The notes: generated by a model from the sequence alone, not told the origin. DNA of 64,000 nucleotides from Octopus vulgaris (GCA_951406725.2 OX597821.1:52514001-52578000), one strand, 5' to 3'. Positions 16,790 to 29,404 are shown, numbered from the stretch's first letter. A program made the numbers and translations.

Positions 16790-16791
16790 CA

Positions 16792-16905
<114 letters not shown>

Positions 16906-16928
16906 TGTATGTCTATGTGTACATTCAT

Positions 16929-18455
16929 ATTTATTATATCAAAGACAGTGTCTTTATGTGTTTGTGTATTACTTATACATCCGAAAACTGCTGCACCGAT
17001 CCTAATGAAATTTGGAACACAAAATCGAAGCGGGATTCATACAATTTCATGGACCAAAATTACTGGATGGATCCTTATGATATTTGATACGTAGATTCAA
17101 TGGATAAGGGCGGGTATAATGCAATTGAATTTCAGATGGCTTAAAGGGGGCAGAACCCCCATGAAAATTCATAAATTTTCGATGTTGATGAAATTTGAAC
17201 TATGGGTAATTGACACATATCACGAAGTATTCTCATAGATTCCACTTCTCATGAGGATTCTAAGACACCCTAATGGGGGCCTTAACTCCCAAAGTTTAGT
17301 CATTTCTTTTATGATCCAAAACTAAGTCAAAAGTACTGAATGGATCTTTACGAAATTTGGAAATTATATTCTATGCTTAAGGGCCACGACCCCCATGAAA
17401 ATTCATATATTTTTGCTGTTGATGAAATTTTAACCATAGATATTAGATATAAATGAAGACGAATAGTTGTACTTTTGGAAGCTGTGGGATCGTCCGAGCA
17501 TAGAATATGAGCATTATTTGTAATTCAATGGTACAACAGTGTAAAAGTTTGCTTTGACATACACTTAGATTGTGCTGCAATGTGCTGCATAAATTATCAA
17601 GTAAACGAGAGGCATCTTTGCCTCCACTGATTCAGTTGCAAAGTGATGAGTAAAGTTATTTGATTGCAGACTTTTTTCAGTCTTTTTATTATCACTCAGT
17701 CACACATAGTCCCCACATGGTAACATTGATTTCAAGGCCTTCCCAGATGAGTGACTGGTTATTCAAAGACATTTATAGGTTGTATATGTATTCTGTCCAG
17801 TTACACATCAGTATAGTGGTCATTTGCAAGCTCCAACTTACATTTCTCCTTAGCCCTCACGTCACACAGTTGTTAATGCTTATTCCAATTGCTATAGATT
17901 CGTAATGCATCTTACGGCTATGCCTGTCATCTGCATGGTGAGGAATACTACAGTGGGGGTGGTAACGAGTAGGGCACTGTAGCTGACTGCTTATTGTGAT
18001 CATTCGTCTTTTGGTTTCCTGTAGCTTTGCTCTCTTCTACAAACCAAGTGAACATATATTTCCTATTTCAAAGAAATTTAAACAATAGATATAAGACCCA
18101 AGTTAAAAAGATTCTCAACAATTCAACTTCTCTGGTTGACATTAAGATGCCCATCTCTAATAGAGGCGTTAACTCTCACATTTTAAAGCTCCATGACCTC
18201 CATTTTTCAGGAGCAAAATCCTTTTAACAGGTTCTATAAGACTGGAATTTTGGAATATGGGCATAAAAATCAGTAGTATGCGATACATGTAGCTCGATTA
18301 CAATTTTGTTCAGGTGTGTAAAGAGGGAAATAACCCTAATCTGCAATTTTTATGAAATTCGAAACATAGGTATTCCAGTTCATTACAGAAAATATAACAG
18401 AAAAGTCTAATTATTCAGTTGTATGTAACTCGGGCAACGCCGGGTAACACTGCTA

Positions 18456-18456
<1 letters not shown>
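16929..18456 (+). mobile_element. Non-autonomous Helitron-like element (~1.5 kb)
   Basis: 3' end ctcgggcaacgccgggtaacactgCTAG|T is of the same type as 59343-59737. The 5' region has the typical '...gtgtttgtg...aaaactgctgcaccgatcctaatgaaatttgg' and internal repeats at 17060-17230 and 17340-17450. The 5' boundary is approximate. Confidence 0.68.
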
Positions 18457-18511
<55 letters not shown>

Positions 18512-19184
18512 ATATAGCTGTGTCGTTAAGATCATTAACTCGGTTTCTTCTTGCATACTCTCGTACAGAAAATAGTATTGAACATGAATGAAAATCTTTT
18601 TTTAAAGCCAAACTTAATCTCAAAATAGTTTTGGAAACTCTAACTTATCGCCAGAGTCTGTTCAGTTTAAGCTAAACATTCATCCTGTACACTTAGATTA
18701 GCACAGATGATATTCCTTCTTGCAACTGAGAACGGCGTAATCCGTTTTCCTTCCTATGTCTTATTACAAACAAACGCTTACGCAATGATTTTCAGTGGTG
18801 TTTTAGGTGTAGTCTCTAGTAGAGTCAGGACATGGAATCTAAGAAGGTTCTAGTTTTGCCTATCCCACTTTAATTCTTGTATATTTAAGCCTGTATTGTA
18901 TACTTTTATGATGACGGAATTGTGTGTTCTGACACAATTTTGTTTATTTAACTTATGAAAACATGCAATGACTCCGTTGTTATGTATATTTTGAATGCAA
19001 ATCGTATTTGTACTGCGCACTCTAATGAAACATGAAGAGACTGACTGCGCCCGGAATGGCATAGGTGGTCTGATCAATAATTATATGAACTGTAACGAGG
19101 CTAAAGCATGCAAACTGACGCCGCTTGGCACAGATTGACCTTGAATGCTGCTGTGCATTCGCCTTAAGTTTGAACGTTCTAGTA

Positions 19185-19810
19185 CACTTCCGCTGTTTAC
19201 AGCAGTGCTTGCAAGGAAGGTGTGGCCATGACAGTGAAGGCCGAGTAGAGAATCTGCATTAAATTTTTCCAAAAGCTTGTCGATACCTGCTCAGAGACCA
19301 TCGCAAAGTTTTCAAAAAGTTTTCATCGTTCTCGATACAATCAAGGAGGTCTTGTGCTACTGAAACTCTGCGTCCTTTCGGTCAGGTCAGCTGAAATCAG
19401 TTTGGGCACAAATTTTTGTAGGCACGCATCCCATACAAATCTTCAGTGATAATAGACTGAACTGAACCGTAACTAATCTGCATATCCTCTGGTAACTCAC
19501 AGATGGTGAATCGTCGATTTCCCTTCACAGCTGAACGCACATCTGCAATATTTTTCTCACTTCTTCTGGCTGCGGGTCTCCCAGAACGTTCAGCACTGTT
19601 GACATTTTCTCGGCTATCTTGGAAACGTCTGCACTACTTGTTCTCTTGTGTGCGGCTCATGCACTACTCTCCATACACTTGCTGCAACTTTGCGTAGACC
19701 TCTGAGCAGGTATAACCATGACAACGTTCACTGTCAAGGTGACTTCGACGAACACACTCTCTACACCTTCCTTCAAAGCACTGGTGTAAACAGTGGAAGT
19801 GAAGTGGAAC
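19185..19810. mobile_element. Two mariner 5'-region fragments in inverted orientation
   Basis: The plus strand 19185-19320 (MTVKAE*RICIKFFQKL...) and the minus strand 19810-19330 (FQDSRENVNSAERSGRP...NRRFTICEL..DMQISYGSVQSIITEDL..KFVPKL) share the leader cacttcc.ctgtttaca.cagtgctt..aaggaaggtgt. Confidence 0.75.
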
Positions 19811-19909
19811 GTGAATATGTATACATATATCTACATATAGAAGAATATATATGTGTCTATATGTATGTATATGCATATATATATATATGTCTGTGTGCGT
19901 ATATATATG

Positions 19910-19982
<73 letters not shown>

Positions 19983-20359
19983 TGTATGTGTGTGTATACA
20001 CACATATATACATATAAACATACATAAACACATATACATATATATACATATTGAATGTGAATATATGGCGAAAAGAAAGGGAAGCGCAAGAAAAATAAAA
20101 AAACGTGTCACGTTCACAATGCCATTAACTCTTCCCAGTAACGTAAGGTCACAGAAATGGGAAGAGCTAATGCAGAAACGTTTTGGGATATTATGCTCCG
20201 GCATAGAGGGTACATGGATGAGAAAAACCATTTGAAACCGGGAAGAGAATAGAGAAACAGCTCAGAGTATTTTGGAAGAAAACAAAAGCCACGTAGAATT
20301 GATCTACATGTTGTCTGTTGAGTGTATATATGTACCCATGCATATGGACATGAATACAG

Positions 20360-20429
<70 letters not shown>

Positions 20430-20436
<7 letters not shown>

Positions 20437-20822
20437 TTAAAATTACTAAGTCTCTCTAAAAGAGATTACGGCAGCGTTACTGGAAATTAATTGTTATCGC
20501 CATATTAATGTGGCAGTCTTATAGATATAAGACTAAAAGCTGTCGCTGATTAGCTCCATGAGGCCATCGCCTTAAGATAGCTATTTGACACACAAACTGT
20601 GTCCATTATAACCTTCGAACAAGGGAGGTCACCCGCTTCACACTGCTAGTCAGACAGCTACAGACGCGTTTCAGGGTATTTGCCCTTTGTCAATGTAGCG
20701 TAGTCAGACCCGCCAGGTGTCGCCACTGATGGTCTCTGTTCGAAGGTTTCATTTACCTAGTTTCGGTGGAATACATCCACTTGTTTTCAATAATAGAAAT
20801 ATTAAAATTACTAAGTCTCTCT
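20430..20822 (-). mobile_element. Retrozyme-like or PLE-pLTR-like non-coding element (365 bp unit plus 28 bp terminal redundancy) within (TA)n
   Basis: Exact direct repeat agaaatattaaaattactaagtctctct at 20430-20457 and 20795-20822. Contains the HHR at 20657-20699 and hairpins at 20515-20534 and 20587-20603. Both flanks are TA-rich microsatellite. Confidence 0.7.
20657..20699 (-). ncRNA. Type I minimal hammerhead ribozyme with degenerate core
   Basis: Minus strand reads GCUACA-UUGACAA-AGGG-caaaua-CCCU-GAAA-CGCG-UC|UGUAGC. Stems I and II are perfect, stem III is palindromic (ACGCGU) and the triplet is GUC. The core UUGACAA differs from CUGANGA at two positions. Confidence 0.8.
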
Positions 20823-20894
20823 TATATGTATGTATATATATATATATGTATGTATATATGTATATATATTCTTGTATATATGTATATATATTCT

Positions 20895-20940
<46 letters not shown>

Positions 20941-21059
20941 TGTATATATGTATATATGCATGTATATATGTATATATATATGCATGTATATATGTATATA
21001 TATGCATATTTATATGTATATATATGCATATATACATATATATGCATATATATGCATAT

Positions 21060-21137
<78 letters not shown>

Positions 21138-21685
21138 GTTTATTATCAGCAACAAGTCAACCATTATCTCTTAAGCTGTTTCAATTAATACTCAGTGAAT
21201 TAATTAGAGCATAATATCTTCAGTGGGAAAAATATACCGTTAGCTGTTTTATAAGTGCGGTGTGCTATACTGAATGCATAAACACACATATAAAACTTCT
21301 AAGGGCGTGTCTTTTCTCTCTGAAGTTATTAATCGCAGAGCATATGGATTTAATACTTAATTTCATTCACTGAATATAAACTGCATTGTTTTATGTATAA
21401 ATCTATTATTTCAGGTAATCAATTCTCCCAAGATATTAGGCACTGAACCAGTATTTTCTTGGATGACACCACCCTTTCATGCGGCGAACATATTACATTT
21501 ATATATACATACACACATACATATACATAGATTTATACATACAATAATGTTTTGATACTCACTTTTGATTGGATTGATTTCCACGAAGAAGTTAAATCCC
21601 ACTTCTATCCTTCTGCATATGTATCAGTATGTATGAATGTAGGTATGTATCTGTGTCTGTCTGTCTGTTTCTATCTTTATGTACG

Positions 21686-21739
<54 letters not shown>

Positions 21740-22115
21740 CATATATGTATATGTATAAAAGCACACAAACTGATGCATGCACACGTATTCTTGGTGTTTA
21801 TGTCTGTGTTTATTTGTATGTGTATATATGAGTAAGTGTGCGACCGTGTGGTGTAGAAGACAGCACTGAGATTTACAATGAAAGTGATTTACAATCAATA
21901 ATTATTGTTAATTCACCAAAATATTGAATAATGTATTGGAATATTTTTATCTGTAAGATCTCTCAATGTCCAAATTCGATTAGTTAAAATCGATGTAAAA
22001 AAACAACTCTGACATCATCCAAAAGCTCTGGAGCATTAGAAAATCACAAAAATAAAAATAGAAGAAACCCTCCCCCACCAAAAAAAAAAAAGATTTATAG
22101 AAAAGTTTTACGTAC

Positions 22116-22311
22116 CTCATCCTCACCGTATGTAAAATTCTGACTCTCATTTCTGGCTCTGCTAATAACTTCTCTTGAGAAGTTTTCGTACTCAGGGCTG
22201 GTGGGTTTTCTCAGAGAGACAGTCATCAGACTTTCGTATGCTTTTCGCGCCTTTTCGTTACTTTCGGCTGTGTCGTTAGCACGGTACCATGGGTACATAC
22301 TGGCGTTTTTA
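22116..22311 (-). CDS. Internal coding exon of a receptor (membrane) guanylyl cyclase, NPR-A/NPR-B-like, extracellular ANF-receptor ligand-binding domain
   Basis: Minus-strand acceptor 'attattgtctttgcAG|T' at 22312/22311 and donor 'GAG|GTacgt' at 22116/22115. The exon is 196 bp (1 nt + 65 codons, phase 2 to phase 0) with no stops: KNASMYPWYRANDTAESNEKARKAYESLMTVSLRKPTSPEYENFSREVISRARNESQNFTYGEDE. The PW-x-R-x-NDT-x-E-x-N-x-KARKAYE-x-L-x-TV...P...EY-x-NFS-x-EV...NFTYG pattern is recognised from invertebrate natriuretic-peptide-receptor guanylyl cyclases, where it precedes VN-x-FV-x-AFHDAV-x-LYA. No neighbouring exon was recognised in the window. Confidence 0.88.
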
Positions 22312-22718
22312 CTGCAAAGACAATAATTCAAATATAATTAGTTACTAACCGAACTATTTCCACCAGCGGAATTTGATTAGGTGGAAATGTAATTAATTCC
22401 AGGGGATCGAAGACAGGTTGGAAGATAGTATCCTAAACAGTATGACTGGTCTAATAGCTAGCCACATAATGGAATTTACATATATATGTATATATATTTA
22501 TATATATATGTGTGTGTGTGTGTGTTTTTTTTTTACGTAATACGCATATAAATGAATGTTGTAATGAAAAATATTTCCAGCGATAAAAATCAGAGTTGAC
22601 TTGTATAATAATCAATATTTACAGGGGATTGTTTAAAATATTTATGGGCATACGTAATATTGAAATATGGCTTAGGACGCGCACACACATACACACGCAC
22701 CACTGTACACACACACAG

Positions 22719-22756
<38 letters not shown>

Positions 22757-23740
22757 TCATGTAAAATGCATATATTGTCTAATGCATATTTTGTCCATAC
22801 CTAAAATACAACTATGGCATAAAATCTCTGATTTTCATGTGGATTTTTGAAAAGCAGATATTTAGGGTCTCGATTTATAAAGAAAATTTTATACTTGTTT
22901 CGCACATTAGAAATTGGTTGTGACAGAAAATTTGTAAAATTGTACAATGTTAAGGAGATTTTTATAAATTGTTTACTACATCCCTCAATATCACAACCTC
23001 TGACAAGCAAAACATCTCACTCTACACATCCTTCGCAATTAAAATTGGTATTCAATGGAATTTATTCTCTTGAAATTCATTCCTCATATAAAGATAATAA
23101 ACGTTAGAAATATATTTATATTTTATTCACAACATTTAAGGATATAGATTATACTTCTGTATATCCATTTAAGAGATTTTGTTCATGAATTGTCTATATT
23201 AATCAAAATCAACAGCTTTTACAAATGTATCACAACGAAGCTGATAACACAATTTCAAAAACATTATTTCCCTGATAGCAAATATCGAACATAATATGAT
23301 ATCAGCAAGATTGCAAACCGATATATAGATTATTTCAACAGTAGGCCTACTTCTAGCAATCATGCAAGTATATTTTTTTTAAAGGATCAGCAATAATAAA
23401 ATACGATTAACAATAACAGTTGGAACATTAAATCTATCACATGGTACGAAATGAATTTATGGTCTTTATGATTGTCCTGATTGAAAGAAAAGAGAATAAA
23501 TATATACAACTAGAATAAATAAACACACACATACATGCACTCACACACACGCACTCACACACACGCCAAGGATAAATACATATATACTGGCATGTGGCAT
23601 TCAGGAATAAAAGTGTTTCCAAGGTAATAAATGTGCCATTACTAAACTACTATTCATAACCACTATGTCAATATTGAGTAGACAGTTCACAGCAAAAAAG
23701 CAATTTATTTACTCTCGGTATCTTTATTTCTACTGACACA

Positions 23741-23791
<51 letters not shown>

Positions 23792-24769
23792 AAATACAAT
23801 TGTATGTACGCCGCATGCAAGATATTATCTCAATCATTCCATCATTTGTTCAATGGTGATAAAAACAGCGTTGGAAAATATATCACACCCAATAACAGCA
23901 TTAAATAGCATTCACGTTACCGGAGAATGCCCAGTTTCGCTTTTTCTCTGCGTCATCCATGCAGTCACTACACGAAACCAGCAGCATTTGTAATTAATAT
24001 GGGCATACATCAAATATTTTGCTTCATTACTGTCTTTAGGATTAAAAAAAATATTCTTGGTTCATGTTTCACAAGCCGCTGCCATACGAGTGATAAAACC
24101 CTTTTCTTTCTTTAGCTTCGTCGAAATCACTGCCTAATTTCAATGCCAGGCGTGGAGTGAATTAGTGATTCTGCTACACATACTCATCGCATCTCAATAG
24201 GAAATAGTGTTCAAATACTTGTTTCTCGTGTTTTAGGTCTGTACTTAATGGCCTGTACTTAATGTGTGCAAGGTACTGTTACTACAACAAAAAAGACCAC
24301 ACGAGAAGGTTGCAGGTTTGCTTCATTCTTGCGGTAAAGCTTGCAAATATGAGCTGCTATAAATCCCCGTACTCCTACCAATCAGGGACACGATGTGAGA
24401 ATCTAGGGTGTAACTTTCCACTATCGATGCTCCAGCATTGTCATTTCCTGTCCTTCGTCTTCAAAACAATAATATGTAACATCAAACTAATGCTTATTTC
24501 AACACTGTTTAGTGGATAGGCAAGGGCACTTAGGACAAGGTTAAGCTACCATTTCCTGCAAGGGATTATGTGCATATTGTAGAATATGCACCAGCTATTC
24601 ATAACATCCACACCCATGATAATCAGTAATCTTCAGCCTTTATGTCTCTAACTTGCGGGCAGAAAATACTTCATACAAGAAACTCAAGCGAAGTCGAAAC
24701 GTCGCTGGTTATATTTTCTCCAACAATTTGCACGATATTAAATACTGGGCTAAACTAAATGCAAAAGAA

Positions 24770-25540
24770 ATACAGAAAAATTCCAGCAATGGTTGAGAAT
24801 CTTAGGCCTCAAAGCAGAGACTAAAGGATTTTTAATTGCAGCACAAGACCAAAACCTCTCCACCAGAAATTATCAAAAATATATAAGGAAAAAAAAGATA
24901 AGTAACTGCAGAATATGAGGAAATGGACAAGAAACAATAAATCATATCATGTCTGGCTGCTCAGTCCTGGCTAAGAAGGAATATATTCACAGACACGACA
25001 GAGTTGGGACGTACAAACACTGGAAGCTATGCCAATAGTATTGAATAACAACAGAAAAAACATGGTATAAGCACACGCCAGTACAGGTCATAGAAAACGA
25101 GAAAACAACCATACTCTGGGATATGCCAGTACATAGATAGAGGAATTAAGGCCAATAGGCTAGATATAGTTGTCAGAGATTATGAAGAAAAAATGCTTTC
25201 TAATTGACGTATCAATAGCAGCAGATGACAACGTTTCTCTAAAAGAAATGGAGAAACTTTCAAAATATGAAGACATGGAAATAGAAGTAACTCGAATGTG
25301 GAATCTAAAAAGAGAAACAATTTCTATCATAGTGGGCACATTAGGTATGATGAAAAATATTCAAATACATAACAAAAACACCAGAATTTACGAGTATATA
25401 TAGCATACGGAAAATGTTCACTGTTAGGCGGTGCACACATCCTACGTAAAACACTTTCAACAGCAAACCACAGCACATGTCCAAGGTACACAGAGCAGCA
25501 CTCGGTAGTGAAGTGAAAGCACGTTATCAAAATAAAAGTA

Positions 25541-25543
<3 letters not shown>
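24770..25543 (+). mobile_element. R4/Dong-clade LINE 3' end (CCHC knuckle plus restriction-like endonuclease), subfamily 1
   Basis: GLKAETKGFLIAAQDQNL, ETINHIMSGCSVLAKKEYIHRHD, TILWDMPV, CFLIDVSI...EKLSKY..EVTRMW; the 3' UTR ends directly in (AAT)n. Confidence 0.9.
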
Positions 25544-25612
<69 letters not shown>

Positions 25613-25613
<1 letters not shown>

Positions 25614-26170
25614 TGAAGGAGAAAATGTAACCATTCTGTGGGACTTTCCAGTACATACAGACCGAACCATCAAGGCCAATAAACCAGATATTGTTGTGAA
25701 AGACCAAAACAATAAAGTTTGCTTATTGATCGACATGAGCATCCCCTGTGATCATAATATCTCAGCGAAAGAGTTTGACAAGCTCAGAAAATATAAAGAC
25801 CTACTCATTGAAATTGAGAAAATGTGGCATCTCAAGGCGGTTACAATACCAGTAATCGTAGGAGCACTAGGAATGATCAAGAAGGGAACCGAAAATTATA
25901 TGAGAATGATCCCTGGCTTACCATCCCTGTAAGAAGTGCAAAAAATTGTCTTAACTGGTACATCACACGTATTGAGAAGAGCATTGTCGATGTGAGAACT
26001 GTTGCTGCTCATGTATTTTAATTTAACTTAAAAAAAAAAAAAAAAAAAATGAACGAACTACTGAGTTTGGTTTAATGGCCTACCAATATACACTATGAGT
26101 TTCTTTGCCCTAGGAGTCGAGAAGACACTCGGCAAGAAATGGAAGAAAATTTGAAAGAAGAAAAAAAAAG
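25613..26170 (+). mobile_element. R4/Dong-clade LINE 3' end, subfamily 2
   Basis: ENVTILWDFPVHTDRTIKANKPDIVVKD...CLLIDMSIPCDHNISAKEFDKLRKYKDLLIEIEKMWHLKAVTIPVIVGALG; (TAA)n on both sides. Confidence 0.92.
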
Positions 26171-26729
26171 TAATAATAATGATAATAACAAAATCGTCGA
26201 ATATATCTGTCCATTTGTCCTTCTGCCCGTCCGTCACACGTTACCCACAAGTGAAGAGTCGAAATTAACTATCATTGAAGTTATTCAATTTGTTCGTTGA
26301 TGTCACATACGTAACATAAGAAAAAGGAAAGTTTGTGTTTTATTTTTGGTTACAGTTTACTTTTCCCTCTCACGCAACCGAAAAAGATGGCTCTCTAATA
26401 CTACAATCGACTGTACGAAAATTAGATAAAAAAAAGAGTAATGCAAATCGCAACAAATCTTATAAAACCATGTGTTAGTTACACAGTTAATACTACTGTA
26501 GACTTATTCAATTTATTAAATACAGTTCGTTCTACCAGTTGAAACTATTTAATTGTAAGGTGAATAATCTATTTCACAAAAGTTTTCTGTCAGCAAAACA
26601 TTTAATTCCACTGTTTGCAATTATTTTGCACGTAAGTATTGTTGATATACAAGAACTGCAAAATTGAAAAACAAGTTAGAAAACAATTCTTCCCGTGAAT
26701 AAATATTTTCGATGGAAGAAGTATTATTT

Positions 26730-27630
26730 CACAATAAGTTATCTATATGCATACCTAAAGTGTATATATTTCGAAACTGCGACTTCATCAGAAGAAAGTT
26801 TCTGTATTAGACTTATGGTGTTAAAAATACTAAATATCTGCAGCAGGTGACCTTCTACTACTCAAATTTCCCATGCTGATAAATTGTCAGATACGGATAC
26901 CTGCTTGTTCGCTTCACCAGTAGCAAATACTCCCATCACCTTATGTGATGTGAACATCGTTTGTTATTTGATATAGTTAAATAGTATTTGAATGGTGACT
27001 ACGTCGCATTTCCCGGCAGGTTGAATAAATATTCATCATCATCTACGAAAGCAGTATTAGTTCAATATTCGCGATCTGTATTCATACGCTAACTGTTGAA
27101 AGCTTTCTAAACGGCGGTATTCGTCTTCATAATGTACCTCTTATACAAATATACTGTTAAAAACACAGAGAAGTAGTAACCGCAGGCGAAAGTCACCCAA
27201 CATTTTCGGTGATATTTCTAGGTCCAGATTTCTCAAGTTGAAAATTGAAATGCGACTGTCTTTCAAGATAATTCCAGTATGTATACATATCGCGAATATT
27301 GAACAAATAATTTTCCCGTCGCTAATAATGAAATTTTCTTCAGAACACCTGCTGAATGCAGTGACCTATCAATCAGTGTTTAATTATATCAGCCGATGTT
27401 TGTTTGACATGGTGCGACGTGGATATTTGCTACTGATGAGGCCAGCAAGCAATCATTCGGATCTTGCAATTTCACCATAATGCTGATCGACATCTCCTGC
27501 TGCTGATATTTTCCCGTGTTTTTAATACTATACACCTGTAAGAAGTACTTTTCCGTGTCGAATACCGCAGCTTAGAAGAATTTCAAAATATATACACTTT
27601 ATGTTAGGATGCAGATCGTTACTTGTCAAT
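26730..27630. repeat. Long, diverged inverted repeat (arms ~26730-27105 and ~27255-27630)
   Basis: Colinear inverted matches: aaagtgtatatattt.gaaa; aaatatc.gcagcagg.ga; cttg...gc.tca.cagtagcaaata; gttcaatattcgcgat.tgta..catac. Confidence 0.75.
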
Positions 27631-28269
27631 ATTTCAAAAAACATACAATTTACTGTTAAGATTATGTATAAAGAAATATTTGTTAAGATATTTCTCTGAA
27701 ATGCTAACTTAATGTGGCTAAAATAATTTCACAAAAAAAGGATTGATTGAGTTTCATCGTCTACACTACAAATGTTCAGAATCAAAGATGTATTACAAAT
27801 ATAAGAGCTTTCATATCGTTACCCAATCTATCAAAACAGCGGCCAAGTCTCCTCCAAATCGGCCTGAAGACTCATCATACATATGAAAACAGAATATATT
27901 AATTCCTCATAGAAACATCAGCTAAATATATGTAAATATTTTACCGTATTATTTTAAGAACAGAATATTTTTTAAAGAAATGTTTTTAGATAAACAAAAT
28001 TCAAAGAGAATTTATTAAGATTTCTGAGAAAGACAACTTAAATTTCAATAATAAATCCAATGAAAAACTGTCTGGTTCAACGTATATGTTTTCTGAAAAT
28101 AATAATAGTGGCAAAATCTATAATGTTCTAATTCCTTCACAGACTGCAAACATTTTATATTGAACACAGTATAACAAATGAATAAACAGTTTAGTGTATA
28201 AAAACAAAATTTGTGATCAGCAAAAAGAGGAGTAAAAGAAAAAAGTATCTGGCTGTCCGTCAGTTAAAA

Positions 28270-28562
28270 CAATGATTTTCCCAGTTGATACGATCCTGTT
28301 GGTGAAATTAACTTGCAAGTGGCAGAGAACTCCACAGACATGAGTAACTTTAATTCAATTATCATGGAGATTCAGCGTTACACAGAATATAAAAAGGATG
28401 GCACTTTGAATTACGAGTAAAACTCAGTTTTGCCAGCTGAGTGGACTTAATCAACATGAAGTAAAATGTCTTGAAGGATACGCGAGCGATGCTGCTCAAA
28501 ACTGGACCCACGGCCTTACGATCGTTAGTCGAACACCCTAACCACTAAGCCAAGCACCTTCT
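28270..28562 (-). mobile_element. Old tRNA-derived SINE (head like 38946, tail like 63252)
   Basis: The reverse complement starts aaggtgcttggcttagtggttagggtgttcgac and later has gtctgtggagttctctgccacttgcaagttaatttcac. Confidence 0.7.
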
Positions 28563-28593
28563 CAAAGCCACATGTATCTAACTAATAACAGCA

Positions 28594-28976
28594 GGTACTG
28601 TTAATTTAGAGTGAATACTTGATAAGTCTAAGCACCTGTATATGCCAAATAGTGGCAGAGGTGGGAGAATATATAAAATATAAATTAAAAACAGAAAACA
28701 AAGGATATCGCGGTACACCCGTTTCAAGCTTTATAAACAATATGTTATTACATCTGTGTATTATTGATATAAAAGATGGTTTAAAGATAGAGGTAATATT
28801 ACGTGTACTTTTTATATTGTGATGTAATCTTTGGACTAACAATGTTTGCGGCTGAAGAGAGCTTTAAACCATCTTTTATACCAATAATACACTGATGTAA
28901 TAACAGATTGTTTATGAAGCTTGAAACACGTGTACCGCGATATCCTTTGTGTTCTGTTTCTAATTTATATTTGATA
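28594..28976. mobile_element. Fold-back retroposed element (PLE inverted-pLTR type) with a 15 bp target-site duplication
   Basis: Direct repeat taactaataacagca at 28579-28593 and 28977-28991. Inverted arms of ~117 bp at 28670-28786 and 28862-28978. Contains the HHR at 28846-28940. Confidence 0.7.
28846..28940 (+). ncRNA. Type I hammerhead ribozyme with long stem/loop II, inside a fold-back element
   Basis: UUGCGG-CUGAAGA-GAGCUUU-(~50 nt)-GAAGCUU-GAAAC-ACGU-GUA|CCGCGA. Canonical boxes, stem I UUGCGG/CCGCGA, stem II GAGCUUU/GAAGCUU (with G-U pairs), palindromic stem III ACACGUGU, GUA triplet (cut after 28934). Confidence 0.8.
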
Positions 28977-29404
28977 TAACTAATAACAGCAATAGTCGTT
29001 TCTGACGTAGACGTACAACCTGAAATATTATACGGAGGGAACTCCAGTACTTGAATGATACTTTATTTTATGGACTTCAATTCATGAACAGCAATGAACA
29101 ATTGATAGCGATAGGGTTTGAACTCGAAATGTAAGGAGGAAGAACAAACAGGTATTTTTCCAATATTAATAGTTATTTTAAAATTTGGCATACGGCAAGC
29201 AGTCGGATAGAGAATAGGTACTCGAATATACTAACTGCAATTCATGGCTATTGCTTTATATTATTGACAACAGAAAGATGAAAAGCAAAGTTGATCACGG
29301 TGGTAGTCGAACTCAGAACGTAAAGAATGTGACCTAACGCTTAAAGAAGGTGACCCGAAGCGGATATTAATTCGCTACCTTGATAACTTATGAAAATAAT
29401 AATA

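Noticed and set aside
24670-24710. act-caagcga-agtc-GAAAC-GTC resembling the 3' half of a hammerhead
   Set aside because: No CUGANGA box or stem I partner directly upstream.
27430-27475. CTGATGAG followed by a hairpin inside the 26.7-27.6 kb inverted repeat
   Set aside because: No downstream GAAA box or NUH site in the right geometry, and the other arm does not conserve the box.
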